Notes under the pieces: generated by a model
What the model saw: the letters and a program-made list of their open reading frames with translations, nothing else
Databases searched by the model: none
Told to the model about the DNA's origin: nothing
Made by a program: the position numbers and the translations under genes
Assembly: GCA_041672325.1 (NCBI GenBank)
Contig: JBAYZV010000001.1
Coordinates: forward strand, 1 to 39,320
Source of the DNA: Candidatus Izemoplasmatales bacterium
GTDB lineage: Bacteria > Bacillota_I > Bacilli_A > Izemoplasmatales > Hujiaoplasmataceae
Direction of reading: 5' to 3'
DNA: 39,320 nucleotides
In this document: positions 26,568-35,801 of the stretch, one piece after another
Layout: each line of letters begins with the position of its first letter
How positions within the stretch are numbered: the stretch's first letter is position 1

Positions 26568-29015
26568 ATGATAAGTTTAAAAAATTTAAATAAATTTTAT
26601 AATAAGGGTAAATCTAATCAAATTCACGTTATAAATAATACTAATCTTGACTTTCCGGAAACAGGCTTGGTAGCTTTAACTGGACCATCTGGTTGTGGAA
26701 AAACAACCTTGTTAAATGTTATTGGAGGGTTAGATAGTTTTCAAAGTGGAGAAATAGTATTTGACAACGAAATTATTAAACGTTATGTCCCTATGCGTTG
26801 GGATATGTTGAGAAATCAAAAAATAGGCTATATTTTTCAAAACTATAATTTAGTGTTATCAAAAACAGTTTATGAAAACATTGAATTAGTTCTTAATATG
26901 GCTGGGGTATATGATAAAGTTGAAGTGGAAGAAAGGGTTAATTATGTTTTAGAAAGTGTTGGTATGTATAATTATCGAAAGCGAAATGTCAAAGCGCTTT
27001 CTGGTGGTCAACAACAACGCGTAGCTATAGCTAGAGCATTAGCTAAAGATCCTGAAGTTGTCTTAGCAGATGAACCTACAGGAAATTTGGACGCTAATAA
27101 TACTTTTGAAATCATGAGTATAATCAAAAAAATATCCGAAACAAGATTGGTAATTTTAGTTACTCACGAAAGAGGGCTTGTTGACTTTTACGCAGATAGA
27201 ATAATAGAACTTAGTGATGGACAAGTTGTAAATGATTATTTGAATACAAGTGCAATGGGTTTTGATCATGTTGATGATAGAAATATTTATCTTAAAGATT
27301 TAAATAGCGACGAAAGTTTAAAAGAAAGTGGAATAGATTACTATTTTGACCATGAAAAAGATGAAAGCTTAAACCTTAAGTTAGTTGAATTTAAAGGGAA
27401 TTTGTATGTTAAAGTTAAATCAAAAAGGAAGATTAAATTTATTGATAACACTTCTGAAATAAAATTAATAGATGATCATTATAAAAAACGAGAAATAAGC
27501 GATATTTCTGAATATGATTTTAATTTGCTACAATTTAAAAAAATAGATTCTCAGGTTAAGAAGAAATCATTTATTAGATGGAAAACTACACTTAAGGCTG
27601 GATTTAACCGTGTTTTCTCCAAACGAAAGGTCGTAGGAAAATTATTCCTATTAGGATATTTCATAATTTCAGCAATTTTAGTTTTTCAATTAGCTACTTT
27701 TGGTAGTGCTACATATGTTGATGATAAAGACTTTTTAAAAACACCTCGTGATTTAATGAGTGTTAATCATGAACAAAAGAATTTAACTTACGATGAAATA
27801 AATGATATATTAAATCAGATTGATAATGTGGAATTATCACCATATTTTAGTTCGCCAAATATGGTTTTGAATTTTAATGATTTTTATCAAGGAAGAGCAA
27901 GAGTTTATTTTGAAGCATACCCCGTTAAATTATCTTATTACGATGATGTAGAAGTTACTTATGGTGGATTACCCGATGATTATTATGAGATAGCAATTGA
28001 TGAATGGGTAGCTGAGAAATTAATCGATGACAAAAAGCTTTTAGATTTAAACGTGAATAAGGTTGAAGAGCTTATCGGAGCTGAAATAGTTCAAAATGCA
28101 TATTCTTCATATTCTCCAAATAAGTTCATTATTTCTGGAATTGTTAAAACTGAATCTCCGATAGTGATTGTTGAAGATAGCGCTATTCATGCATTTATTG
28201 ATTACTATTCTTATACAGATATAGTAACGCATGGAGTGGTTAAAGAAAGAATTAAAATTGTTGAGGGTAGAAATATTATTAATGAAAATGAGATTTTGGC
28301 TTCATCAGTTAGTGGTTTGAACATCAACGATAAGATTCAGTTACATTATTCTTTCGATATAGAGTCTACAGTAGTTGGGTTTTATGAGCCTAATGATGAA
28401 GAGTATTCTTATTCAGGGAATTCTATTGTTGTTTCTAACGAATACTTTTCAAAATTACAATTACATAATATTAATTTAGAACGATATAATGATGAATATC
28501 TATTATTTTATGTTGAAGATATTGAAAAAGCGATTAATGATTTTAATGATTTGGACTATGAATTATATAATATTTACGAACAATCTTTAGCTGAAAGACA
28601 AGCCTCTATAAGGGTTGATAACGCTAATAAAATTAGTCAGGTAGTAGTTATACTTGTGGGTATTGTTATTTATATTTTCTTTATGATGAGATCAAGTATG
28701 CTCAACAGAATTAAAGAAATTGGCGTTTACAGAGCTATTGGAGCTACAAAGCGAGATATTTATAAGATATTTTTATCTGAAATTATCACTTTTACAACAA
28801 TTGGATCATTAACCAGTTATTTGTTTACATCTTATCTGGTTACTGAATTACAAGCACAACTCGATGACTTCACAAGAGCATTCTATTTTCCGTTTTATTT
28901 ATTCATAGGTGGTATAATAGCGATATACATAGTGAATATCATTTTCGGAATGTTACCAATATTTACACTTTTGAGTAAAACTCCAGCAGAAATTACAGCG
29001 AAATATGATATTTAA
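26568..29015 (+). CDS. Fused ABC ATPase + FtsX/MacB-type permease (type VII ABC), paralogue 2
   Basis: Starts 4 nt after the stop of paralogue 1. The NBD has GPSGCGKTT, LSGGQQQR, VVLADEPTGNLD and VTHE. Then come a cytoplasmic linker of about 130 aa, TM1 (LFLLGYFIISAILVFQLATFG), an extracytoplasmic domain of about 308 aa, and an FtsX domain (VVVILVGIVIYIFFM...YRAIGATKRDIYKIF...). Confidence 0.88.
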   Translation: MISLKNLNKFYNKGKSNQIHVINNTNLDFPETGLVALTGPSGCGKTTLLNVIGGLDSFQSGEIVFDNEIIKRYVPMRWDMLRNQKIGYIFQNYNLVLSKTVYENIELVLNMAGVYDKVEVEERVNYVLESVGMYNYRKRNVKALSGGQQQRVAIARALAKDPEVVLADEPTGNLDANNTFEIMSIIKKISETRLVILVTHERGLVDFYADRIIELSDGQVVNDYLNTSAMGFDHVDDRNIYLKDLNSDESLKESGIDYYFDHEKDESLNLKLVEFKGNLYVKVKSKRKIKFIDNTSEIKLIDDHYKKREISDISEYDFNLLQFKKIDSQVKKKSFIRWKTTLKAGFNRVFSKRKVVGKLFLLGYFIISAILVFQLATFGSATYVDDKDFLKTPRDLMSVNHEQKNLTYDEINDILNQIDNVELSPYFSSPNMVLNFNDFYQGRARVYFEAYPVKLSYYDDVEVTYGGLPDDYYEIAIDEWVAEKLIDDKKLLDLNVNKVEELIGAEIVQNAYSSYSPNKFIISGIVKTESPIVIVEDSAIHAFIDYYSYTDIVTHGVVKERIKIVEGRNIINENEILASSVSGLNINDKIQLHYSFDIESTVVGFYEPNDEEYSYSGNSIVVSNEYFSKLQLHNINLERYNDEYLLFYVEDIEKAINDFNDLDYELYNIYEQSLAERQASIRVDNANKISQVVVILVGIVIYIFFMMRSSMLNRIKEIGVYRAIGATKRDIYKIFLSEIITFTTIGSLTSYLFTSYLVTELQAQLDDFTRAFYFPFYLFIGGIIAIYIVNIIFGMLPIFTLLSKTPAEITAKYDI

Positions 29016-29042
29016 TAATAATATTTTTACAGTAAAAAAATC

Positions 29043-29071
29043 TTGACTAAAAATAGGTTTTATTGTATAAT
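29043..29071 (+). promoter_or_regulatory. Sigma-A promoter for rplK-rplA
   Basis: TTGACT (29043-29048), 17-nt spacer, TATAAT (29066-29071). Confidence 0.7.
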
Positions 29072-29149
29072 AATTCAGCGTGTCAAAAGATTTGTGTGGG
29101 AGGAAGAAAATTCCTATAACCACATCACGAAAATAAGGAGGTGTCTTTC

Positions 29150-29575
29150 GTGGCTAAAGAAATTAAAAGCGTTGTTAAACTGCAAGTTCCAGGTGGAAAA
29201 GCAACACCTGCACCACCAATTGGACCGATTTTGGGACAAGCAGGGGTTAACATTCAACAATTTTGCGTGCAATTTAATGATCGGACAAAAGAACAAATCG
29301 GTAGTGTTATTCCAGTAGTGCTAACCGTTTATGATGACCGTTCATTCTCATTCATAACAAAAACACCACCTGCAAGTGATTTGTTAAAGAAAGCATGTAA
29401 GATTCAAAAAGGAGCAGGAAATTCAAAAACCGAGACTGTCGCTACTATTACAAAAGAACAACTAAGAGAAATTGCGACTATCAAAATGCCAGACCTAAAT
29501 GCTAATGATGTTGATGCAGCAATGAACATTATTGCAGGTACGGCAAGAAACATGGGAATTGTCGTTAAAGACTAA
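29150..29575 (+). CDS. rplK: 50S ribosomal protein L11
   Basis: GTG 29150 lies 8 nt after RBS aaggagg and gives (M)[34 protein letters not shown]. The track start 29141 lies inside the RBS. Confidence 0.96.
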   Translation: MAKEIKSVVKLQVPGGKATPAPPIGPILGQAGVNIQQFCVQFNDRTKEQIGSVIPVVLTVYDDRSFSFITKTPPASDLLKKACKIQKGAGNSKTETVATITKEQLREIATIKMPDLNANDVDAAMNIIAGTARNMGIVVKD

Positions 29576-29652
29576 GTTTATTAGTTGTTTGATATATACA
29601 ACTATATAATTGGGAGGACATTCCGCTAAAACCAAATATAGGAGGAAAGAAC

Positions 29653-30345
29653 ATGGCTAAACAAGGAAAAAAATATTCTGAGGCTTTCGCTAAGGTTGAT
29701 CGTAATAAGAAATACGCAATCGAAGAAGCTGTAGAATTAGTAAAATCAATTTCCTTTGAAAAATTCGATGCATCTATGGAATTAGCTTTCAACTTAAACT
29801 TAAACCCTCGTAAAGCAGAACAAAATTTAAGGGGAGCATTAGTTTTACCGCATGGAACTGGTAAAACTAAAAGAGTTTTAGTTTTCGCTCGTGGCGAGAA
29901 AGCTCAAGAAGCAAAAGATGCTGGCGCTGATTATGTCGGCGATGATGATTTAATGGAAAAAATCAAAGAAGGTTGGTTTGAGTTTGATGTAGTAATCGCT
30001 ACACCGGACATGATGGCTACTCTTGGTAAAATCGGTCGTTTATTAGGACCTAAAGGTTTGATGCCAAACCCTAAGACAGGTACTGTAACAATGGATATTG
30101 CTAAGACTGTAGAAGATTCAAAAGGCGGTAAGATTACTTATCGTGTAGACAAATTTGGGAACATCTTAGTAGTTTTTGGTAAAGTTTCTTTTGAAACAGC
30201 TAAACTTGTAGATAACTATAATACAATTTTAGATGCAATCAAAAAAGCGAGACCTTCAACTGTTAAGGGTGTATACATGAAAAATGTTAGTGTCTCATCA
30301 ACAATGGGGCCTGGCGTTAAAGTTGAAGTACAAAAAAGTAAATAA
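29653..30345 (+). CDS. rplA: 50S ribosomal protein L1
   Basis: 230 aa: [16 protein letters not shown]...[37 protein letters not shown] aggagg. Confidence 0.97.
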   Translation: MAKQGKKYSEAFAKVDRNKKYAIEEAVELVKSISFEKFDASMELAFNLNLNPRKAEQNLRGALVLPHGTGKTKRVLVFARGEKAQEAKDAGADYVGDDDLMEKIKEGWFEFDVVIATPDMMATLGKIGRLLGPKGLMPNPKTGTVTMDIAKTVEDSKGGKITYRVDKFGNILVVFGKVSFETAKLVDNYNTILDAIKKARPSTVKGVYMKNVSVSSTMGPGVKVEVQKSK

Positions 30346-30470
30346 CTTTATCGTAGACAGTAGGAGCTTGCACGCTTAATTTCCTACCGAGACAAAGAAA
30401 TAATAAATAAAGTTTATTTATTCCTCTTTTTCTCAAACGAAGAAGAGGTTTTCTATTTTAAAGACATAAG
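30346..30470 (+). promoter_or_regulatory. L10-leader-like structured 5' region with terminator/attenuator hairpin upstream of rplJ-rplL
   Basis: Three elements. Helix gtagga (30360-30365) pairs with tcctac (30382-30387) and encloses agc..gct. An AT hairpin aataaataaa / tttatttatt follows. Last is a 10-bp stem at 30423-30448 (cctcttttc.. / ..gaagaagagg) followed by ttttctatttt. The position matches Firmicute L10(L12)4 autoregulatory leaders. Confidence 0.5.
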
Positions 30471-30480
30471 GAGGTCTAGA

Positions 30481-30990
30481 ATGGCTAATAAAAACATTAT
30501 TAACTTCAAAGAAACAGAAGTTAAAAAGATCGCTGAAAAAATGTCTCGCGCTAAATCGCTAGTTGTCGCTGAATACCAAGGCTTAACTGTAGAAAAAACT
30601 GAGGAATTACGTGGTTTACTACGTGATGCTGGTTGTGAAATCATTGTTATTAAAAACAATATTTCTAGAAGAGCCGCTCAAGAGGTAGGATTTGCTGACT
30701 TAACTCAAGATTTAAAAGGTCCAAACGGAGTTGTATTTGCGTATGAAGACTCAATAGCAGCAGCGAAGGTATTATATACTTTTGCAAAGAAAAACAAAAA
30801 AATCGTTATCAAATCAGGTGTTGTTGATGGCGACTATTACAATCAAAATCAAATCAAGGAAATTTCACAATTACCACCAAAAGAAACATTGCTTGCAATG
30901 TTAGCAACACAATTATTAGCACCATTAAGAGAATTATCAGTTGGCTTAGATATGCTAACAAAAAAAGAAGAAACTGTAGAAAGTAATTAA
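30481..30990 (+). CDS. rplJ: 50S ribosomal protein L10
   Basis: 169 aa: SLVVAEYQGLTVEKTEELRGLLRDAGCEIIVIKNN. RBS aaggagg. Confidence 0.96.
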   Translation: MANKNIINFKETEVKKIAEKMSRAKSLVVAEYQGLTVEKTEELRGLLRDAGCEIIVIKNNISRRAAQEVGFADLTQDLKGPNGVVFAYEDSIAAAKVLYTFAKKNKKIVIKSGVVDGDYYNQNQIKEISQLPPKETLLAMLATQLLAPLRELSVGLDMLTKKEETVESN

Positions 30991-31006
30991 TTAGGGGGAA
31001 AGTACA

Positions 31007-31384
31007 ATGGCAAAATTAAACGCTAAAGATTTTATTGAATCATTAAAAGAAATGAATATTTTAGAAATTAAAGAACTTATCGATGCAATGAAAGAAGAAT
31101 TCGGTATCGATCCAACAGCAGTATCAGCTGGACCAGCGGTAGCTGTAGCTGAAGAAGCAGTAGATGAAGGACCAAAAGAAGTTAATATTACATTAACAGA
31201 TTCTGGAGCATCAAAAGTTAAAGTTATTAAAGTAATTAGAGAGTTAACAGGTCTTGGATTAATTGAAGCTAAGAAATTAGTAGATTCAGCTCCAGTAGTT
31301 GTTAAAGAAAAAGTAAAAGAAAACGAAGCTAAAGAAATAGCTGACAAATTAGTAGAAGCTGGCGCTAAAGTAGAAATTAAATAA
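31007..31384 (+). CDS. rplL: 50S ribosomal protein L7/L12
   Basis: 125 aa: an Ala-rich hinge, then KVKVIKVIRELTGLGLIEAKKLVD...EAKEIADKLVEAGAKVEIK. Confidence 0.97.
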   Translation: MAKLNAKDFIESLKEMNILEIKELIDAMKEEFGIDPTAVSAGPAVAVAEEAVDEGPKEVNITLTDSGASKVKVIKVIRELTGLGLIEAKKLVDSAPVVVKEKVKENEAKEIADKLVEAGAKVEIK

Positions 31385-31404
31385 TTTTCTTATTGAAGGC
31401 ATAT

Positions 31405-31430
31405 AAACCTGAGTATTTTCTCAGGTTTTT
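31405..31430 (+). terminator. Intrinsic terminator after rplL
   Basis: Stem aaacctgag (31405-31413) pairs with ctcaggttt (31420-31428), then a T-run. Confidence 0.75.
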
Positions 31431-31451
31431 AGTCTTTTTGAAGGAGTAGCT

Positions 31452-32042
31452 ATGTCGCATTACTATTCTAAGGAAAATGATTCATTGAAATCTAATGAAA
31501 AAACAATTTTTGTAAACATTAAAGATAAAAAATTTTCTTTCGTTACTGATCATGGAGTGTTTTCGAAAATGGGTCTTGATTTTGGTTCTAGATTATTAAT
31601 AGAAACAGTTATTGATAATGGGGTAGAAACAGTTTTGGATGTAGGGTCTGGTTATGGGCCTTTAGGGATAATTTATAAATCATTCCACCCTGAAGCACAT
31701 GTTATTATGACTGATGTTAATGATCGAGCTATAAAACTTACCCAAAAAAATGCAGAAAAAAACAAGGTTGATGTTGAAGTTTTTTATAGTGATGGATTCA
31801 ACGAAATTAGTCGAACATTTGATTTGATTATAACTAATCCGCCTATTAGAACCGGTAAAGATGTTATTTATCGGATTTTTTCTGATGCTTTTTTGCATTT
31901 GAACAATTTAGGAGCTCTTATTTTTGTAATCAATAAAAAACATGGAGCTTTATCTGCAATCAAAAAATGTGAATCAATTTTCCAGAAAGTTGAAGTTATT
32001 GCTAAGAAAAGTGGGTATTATTTAATAAAGTGCATTAAATAA
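31452..32042 (+). CDS. Class I SAM-dependent methyltransferase, YbxB / RsmC-like small-domain type
   Basis: Motif I LDVGSGYGPLG and motif IV ITNPPI. Occupies the B. subtilis ybxB position between rplL and rpoB. Confidence 0.8.
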   Translation: MSHYYSKENDSLKSNEKTIFVNIKDKKFSFVTDHGVFSKMGLDFGSRLLIETVIDNGVETVLDVGSGYGPLGIIYKSFHPEAHVIMTDVNDRAIKLTQKNAEKNKVDVEVFYSDGFNEISRTFDLIITNPPIRTGKDVIYRIFSDAFLHLNNLGALIFVINKKHGALSAIKKCESIFQKVEVIAKKSGYYLIKCIK

Positions 32043-32071
32043 TTGACTGCGTTGTTCAATTGTGATAAAAT
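32043..32071 (+). promoter_or_regulatory. Sigma-A promoter upstream of rpoB-rpoC
   Basis: TTGACT (32043-32048), 17-nt spacer ending in TGTG-a, then TAAAAT (32066-32071). Confidence 0.6.
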
Positions 32072-32159
32072 ATTAAAATGCGATAGAATGCGCATTTTTG
32101 TGTTTATTTGTATTATTTTAACAAAAACTTATCCAAAATCTAGTTTATGAGGTGATTAT

Positions 32160-35100
32160 GTGAATTACAAATCCGTCAAATACGGCAAGGCAAGAGAAAG
32201 AAGAAATTATTCCCGAGTCAAATCCAATGTAGAATTGCCAAATCTTATTGAAGTACAAACAGAATCTTTTGAGTGGTTCATGGAAACTGGTTTAAAAGAA
32301 TTGTTTGCTGACATTTCTCCGATTACCAACTTTAATGGTAATGTAGAATTGTATTTTGGTGACTTTGAATTTGAGCCTGCGAAGTATAGCGTTAAAGAAT
32401 GTAAAGAGAAAGATGTTAATTATTCTAGACCTTTAAAAGTTACTGTTCGCTTAAAGAATAAAAACTTAGTCGATAGTAAAACTGGCGAAGTTCTAAGTGA
32501 TGATAACATTGTTGAAAACAAAATATTCATGGGAGATATACCTATGATGACACCGGTTGGAACATTTGTTATCAACGGGTCTGAACGAGTTATCGTTTCA
32601 CAAATTGTTCGATCAGCTGGAGTTTTCTTTTCTGAAGAAGTTGATAAGAAAACACTTCAACATAAATACTTAGGACAAGTGATTCCAACTAGAGGTGCTT
32701 GGTTAGAGTATGAAATGGGTTCTAAAGATATTCTTTATGCAAAAATAGATAGATCTAAAAAAATATTATTGTCAACGATGATTAAAGCTTTAGGATTCTC
32801 AACTAAAAAGCAAATTGTTGACATTTTTGGCGAACACGAATTACTTGATAACACTTTTGAAAAGGACTTAACACAAAACGCTGAAGAAGCTATGAAAGAA
32901 GTTTATGCGAAAATAAGACAAGGCGAAACAGCTACTATCGAAGGTGCTAGAGAGTTCTTTGTTTCTAGATTGTTCGATGAAAAACGTTATGACTTAGCTG
33001 ATGTAGGACGGTTTAAAGTAAATCAAAAATTAGATGTGGTAAATCGCGTTAAATCGCTACTTGATAAAGATATTATTGTTAAGTTAAGTAAAGATTTAGT
33101 TGATCCTGAAACTGGTGAAGTTATTATATCAAAATCTACTAAATTAGATTATGATAGTTTAGATATAATAGATAAAAATCGTTCTGTTCTTTTGCAAAGA
33201 GTGACCTTTGACAAAGAATTGGAAAAAGAATTAAAACAAATTATTGATCGTGAAAATCGTAATGAAATAGCCCCTGAAGGGGAAGAAGAAGCGTTCGTTC
33301 AAAATATCGTTAGAAACACTTTAGTAGAAGTGTTAAACGTAGATATTAAAGATGATGCTGGCGAAGCCAAAAGGATTAAATTATTAGGTAATAATTCAAC
33401 TGAAATAGCGTTACATGTAACGACATCTGATATATTAGCAAGTATTTCTTATTATCTTAACCTTTATAATGGAGTAGGGAATCTTGATGATATTGACCAT
33501 TTAGGAAACAGAAGATTAAGGTTGATTGGTGAATTACTGAAAAACCAATTCCGTATTGGTTTAGCAAAAATGGAAAAAAATGTTAAAGACAGAATGTCTA
33601 CAAAAGATCCGCGTACAATAACACCACAAAACTTGATTAACATTAGGCCTTTAACATCTTCTATTAAAGAATTCTTTGGAAGCAGTCAGTTGTCTCAATT
33701 TATGCAACAAACTAACCCACTTGATGAATTAACTCATAAGCGTAGAATTTCAGCTCTTGGGCCTGGTGGACTTACAAGAGACCGTGCGGGTTTTGAAGTT
33801 CGTGACGTTCATCAAAGTCATTACGGTAGAATTTGTCCGATTGAAACCCCAGAAGGTCAAAATATTGGGTTGATTAACTCATTAGCATGTTATGTTAAGG
33901 TAAATAAATATGGATTTATCGAAACTCCATATTTAAAAATAGATCAAGCAACAAGTAGAGTGACTGATGAATTATATTACTTGTCTGCTGACCAAGAACG
34001 TGATCATATTATCGCCCAAGCAAATATTACTTTGAATGATGATATGACTATTAAAGAAGACAGAGTAGTAGCTAGACAAAATGGGGAAACAAGAATTTTT
34101 GATAAACATAGATGCGACTTTATGGACGTTTCTCCGAAGCAAATTGTTTCTGTCTCAACTGCATCAATTCCTTTCCTCGAACATGATGATGCCAACCGTG
34201 CACTTATGGGTGCTAACATGCAACGTCAAGCAATTCCTTTATTAAAACCTGAAGCACCATTTGTAGGTACTGGAATTGAGTACAAAATAGCTCATGATTC
34301 AGGAACATCAGTAATCGCGATGAGCGATGGTATTGTCGAATATGTAGATGGCAAAGAAATTAGAATTAGAACTAATGAGGGTGAATTAGAACGCTATGAA
34401 TTAGTTAAATTTTTAAGGTCTAACCAAGGAACTTGCGTTAATCAGACTCCTATTGTTAAATTAGGAGAACAGATTAAAGCTGGCGATATAATCGGTGATG
34501 GTCCTTCAATGGATCAAGGTGAATTAGCTATCGGTAGAAATGTTGTGGTTGCTTTCATGACTTGGAACGGATATAACTATGAAGATGCTGTTATTATGAA
34601 TGAACGATTAGTTCAAGATGACGTTTATACATCAATCCATATTGAAAAATATGAAATAGAAGCAAGAGATACAAAACTAGGAAAAGAAGAAATTACTCGT
34701 GAAATTCCAAACGTTGGAGAGGATGGTCGTCGTTTCTTAGATGCTGATGGGATTATTATACCTGGTACTGAAGTAAAAGAAGGCGATATCTTAGTTGGCA
34801 AGGTTACCCCGAAAGGCCAAACTGATCCATCACCTGAAGAAAAACTATTACTTGCAATATTTGGAGAAAAATCAAGAGAAGTTAGAGATACATCATTAAG
34901 AGTCCCTCATGGTGGCGGTGGTATTGTTAGATCAGTTCAAGTGTTTACTAGAGGTAAAGATGAACTTAATCCTGGCGTTAATATGTCTGTAAGAGTTTAT
35001 ATTGTTCAGAAACGTAAAATTTCTGAAGGTGATAAAATGGCTGGGCGTCATGGAAATAAAGGTGTTATTTCTAAGATATTACCACCGGAAGATATGCCAT

Positions 35101-35789
35101 ACATGGAAAATGGTACACCAATTGACATCATGTTAAACCCGCTAGGTGTTCCTTCACGTATGAATATTGGCCAGGTGTTAGAAATTCACTTAGGCATGGC
35201 GGCTAAACAATTAGGTATTCATGTTGCGACACCGGTATTCGACGGTGTTGAACAAAGCGATTTAGATCAAATTATGGCTGAAGCAGGAATGGCACCAGAT
35301 GGTAAGTATGTATTGTATGATGGACGTACTGGCAGAAAATTCGATAATAGAGTTTCCGTTGGTGTTATGTATATGATTAAACTTGATCATATGGTTGATG
35401 ATAAATTACATGCTAGAAGCGTTGGGCCTTACACTTTAGTTACCCAACAACCAATGGGCGGTAAAGCACAAAATGGTGGTCAAAGATTTGGGGAAATGGA
35501 AGTTTGGGCATTAGAAGCTTATGGAGCTGCATATACATTACAAGAAATGTTAACAGTGAAGTCTGATGATATTATCGGTCGTAATAAAGTATTTAAAGCA
35601 ATTACTGATGGCAAACCAATTCCAGCACCATCTTTACCAGAATCATTTAGAGTTTTAACAAGAGAATTAAGGTCATTAGGTCTTTATGTAGAACTTATTA
35701 ATAAGGATACAGGAGCTAATGAAGTTGATAAGAGCTTGGTAGACAACGATCAAGAAGATTACATCAATAAATTTGGGTTTCAATCGTAA
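32160..35789 (+). CDS. rpoB: DNA-directed RNA polymerase beta subunit
   Basis: GTG start after RBS gaggtga. 1209 aa. Rif cluster [35 protein letters not shown], plus the conserved C-terminal motifs GRHGNKGV and [18 protein letters not shown]. Confidence 0.98.
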   Translation: MNYKSVKYGKARERRNYSRVKSNVELPNLIEVQTESFEWFMETGLKELFADISPITNFNGNVELYFGDFEFEPAKYSVKECKEKDVNYSRPLKVTVRLKNKNLVDSKTGEVLSDDNIVENKIFMGDIPMMTPVGTFVINGSERVIVSQIVRSAGVFFSEEVDKKTLQHKYLGQVIPTRGAWLEYEMGSKDILYAKIDRSKKILLSTMIKALGFSTKKQIVDIFGEHELLDNTFEKDLTQNAEEAMKEVYAKIRQGETATIEGAREFFVSRLFDEKRYDLADVGRFKVNQKLDVVNRVKSLLDKDIIVKLSKDLVDPETGEVIISKSTKLDYDSLDIIDKNRSVLLQRVTFDKELEKELKQIIDRENRNEIAPEGEEEAFVQNIVRNTLVEVLNVDIKDDAGEAKRIKLLGNNSTEIALHVTTSDILASISYYLNLYNGVGNLDDIDHLGNRRLRLIGELLKNQFRIGLAKMEKNVKDRMSTKDPRTITPQNLINIRPLTSSIKEFFGSSQLSQFMQQTNPLDELTHKRRISALGPGGLTRDRAGFEVRDVHQSHYGRICPIETPEGQNIGLINSLACYVKVNKYGFIETPYLKIDQATSRVTDELYYLSADQERDHIIAQANITLNDDMTIKEDRVVARQNGETRIFDKHRCDFMDVSPKQIVSVSTASIPFLEHDDANRALMGANMQRQAIPLLKPEAPFVGTGIEYKIAHDSGTSVIAMSDGIVEYVDGKEIRIRTNEGELERYELVKFLRSNQGTCVNQTPIVKLGEQIKAGDIIGDGPSMDQGELAIGRNVVVAFMTWNGYNYEDAVIMNERLVQDDVYTSIHIEKYEIEARDTKLGKEEITREIPNVGEDGRRFLDADGIIIPGTEVKEGDILVGKVTPKGQTDPSPEEKLLLAIFGEKSREVRDTSLRVPHGGGGIVRSVQVFTRGKDELNPGVNMSVRVYIVQKRKISEGDKMAGRHGNKGVISKILPPEDMPYMENGTPIDIMLNPLGVPSRMNIGQVLEIHLGMAAKQLGIHVATPVFDGVEQSDLDQIMAEAGMAPDGKYVLYDGRTGRKFDNRVSVGVMYMIKLDHMVDDKLHARSVGPYTLVTQQPMGGKAQNGGQRFGEMEVWALEAYGAAYTLQEMLTVKSDDIIGRNKVFKAITDGKPIPAPSLPESFRVLTRELRSLGLYVELINKDTGANEVDKSLVDNDQEDYINKFGFQS

Positions 35790-35801
35790 GGAGGAAAGAT
35801 T

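Noticed and set aside
29043-29318. 91-aa ORF (TTG start) spanning the rplK promoter, leader and 5' coding region
   Set aside because: Its start codon is the -35 hexamer of the rplK promoter. It overlaps rplK out of frame and has no RBS.
30991-31347. 118-aa ORF antisense to rplL
   Set aside because: It lies entirely within, and opposite to, a highly conserved ribosomal protein gene. The Ala/Ser/Thr-rich low-complexity translation is what the reverse complement of GAA/GCT/AAA-rich codons gives. It has no RBS or promoter.
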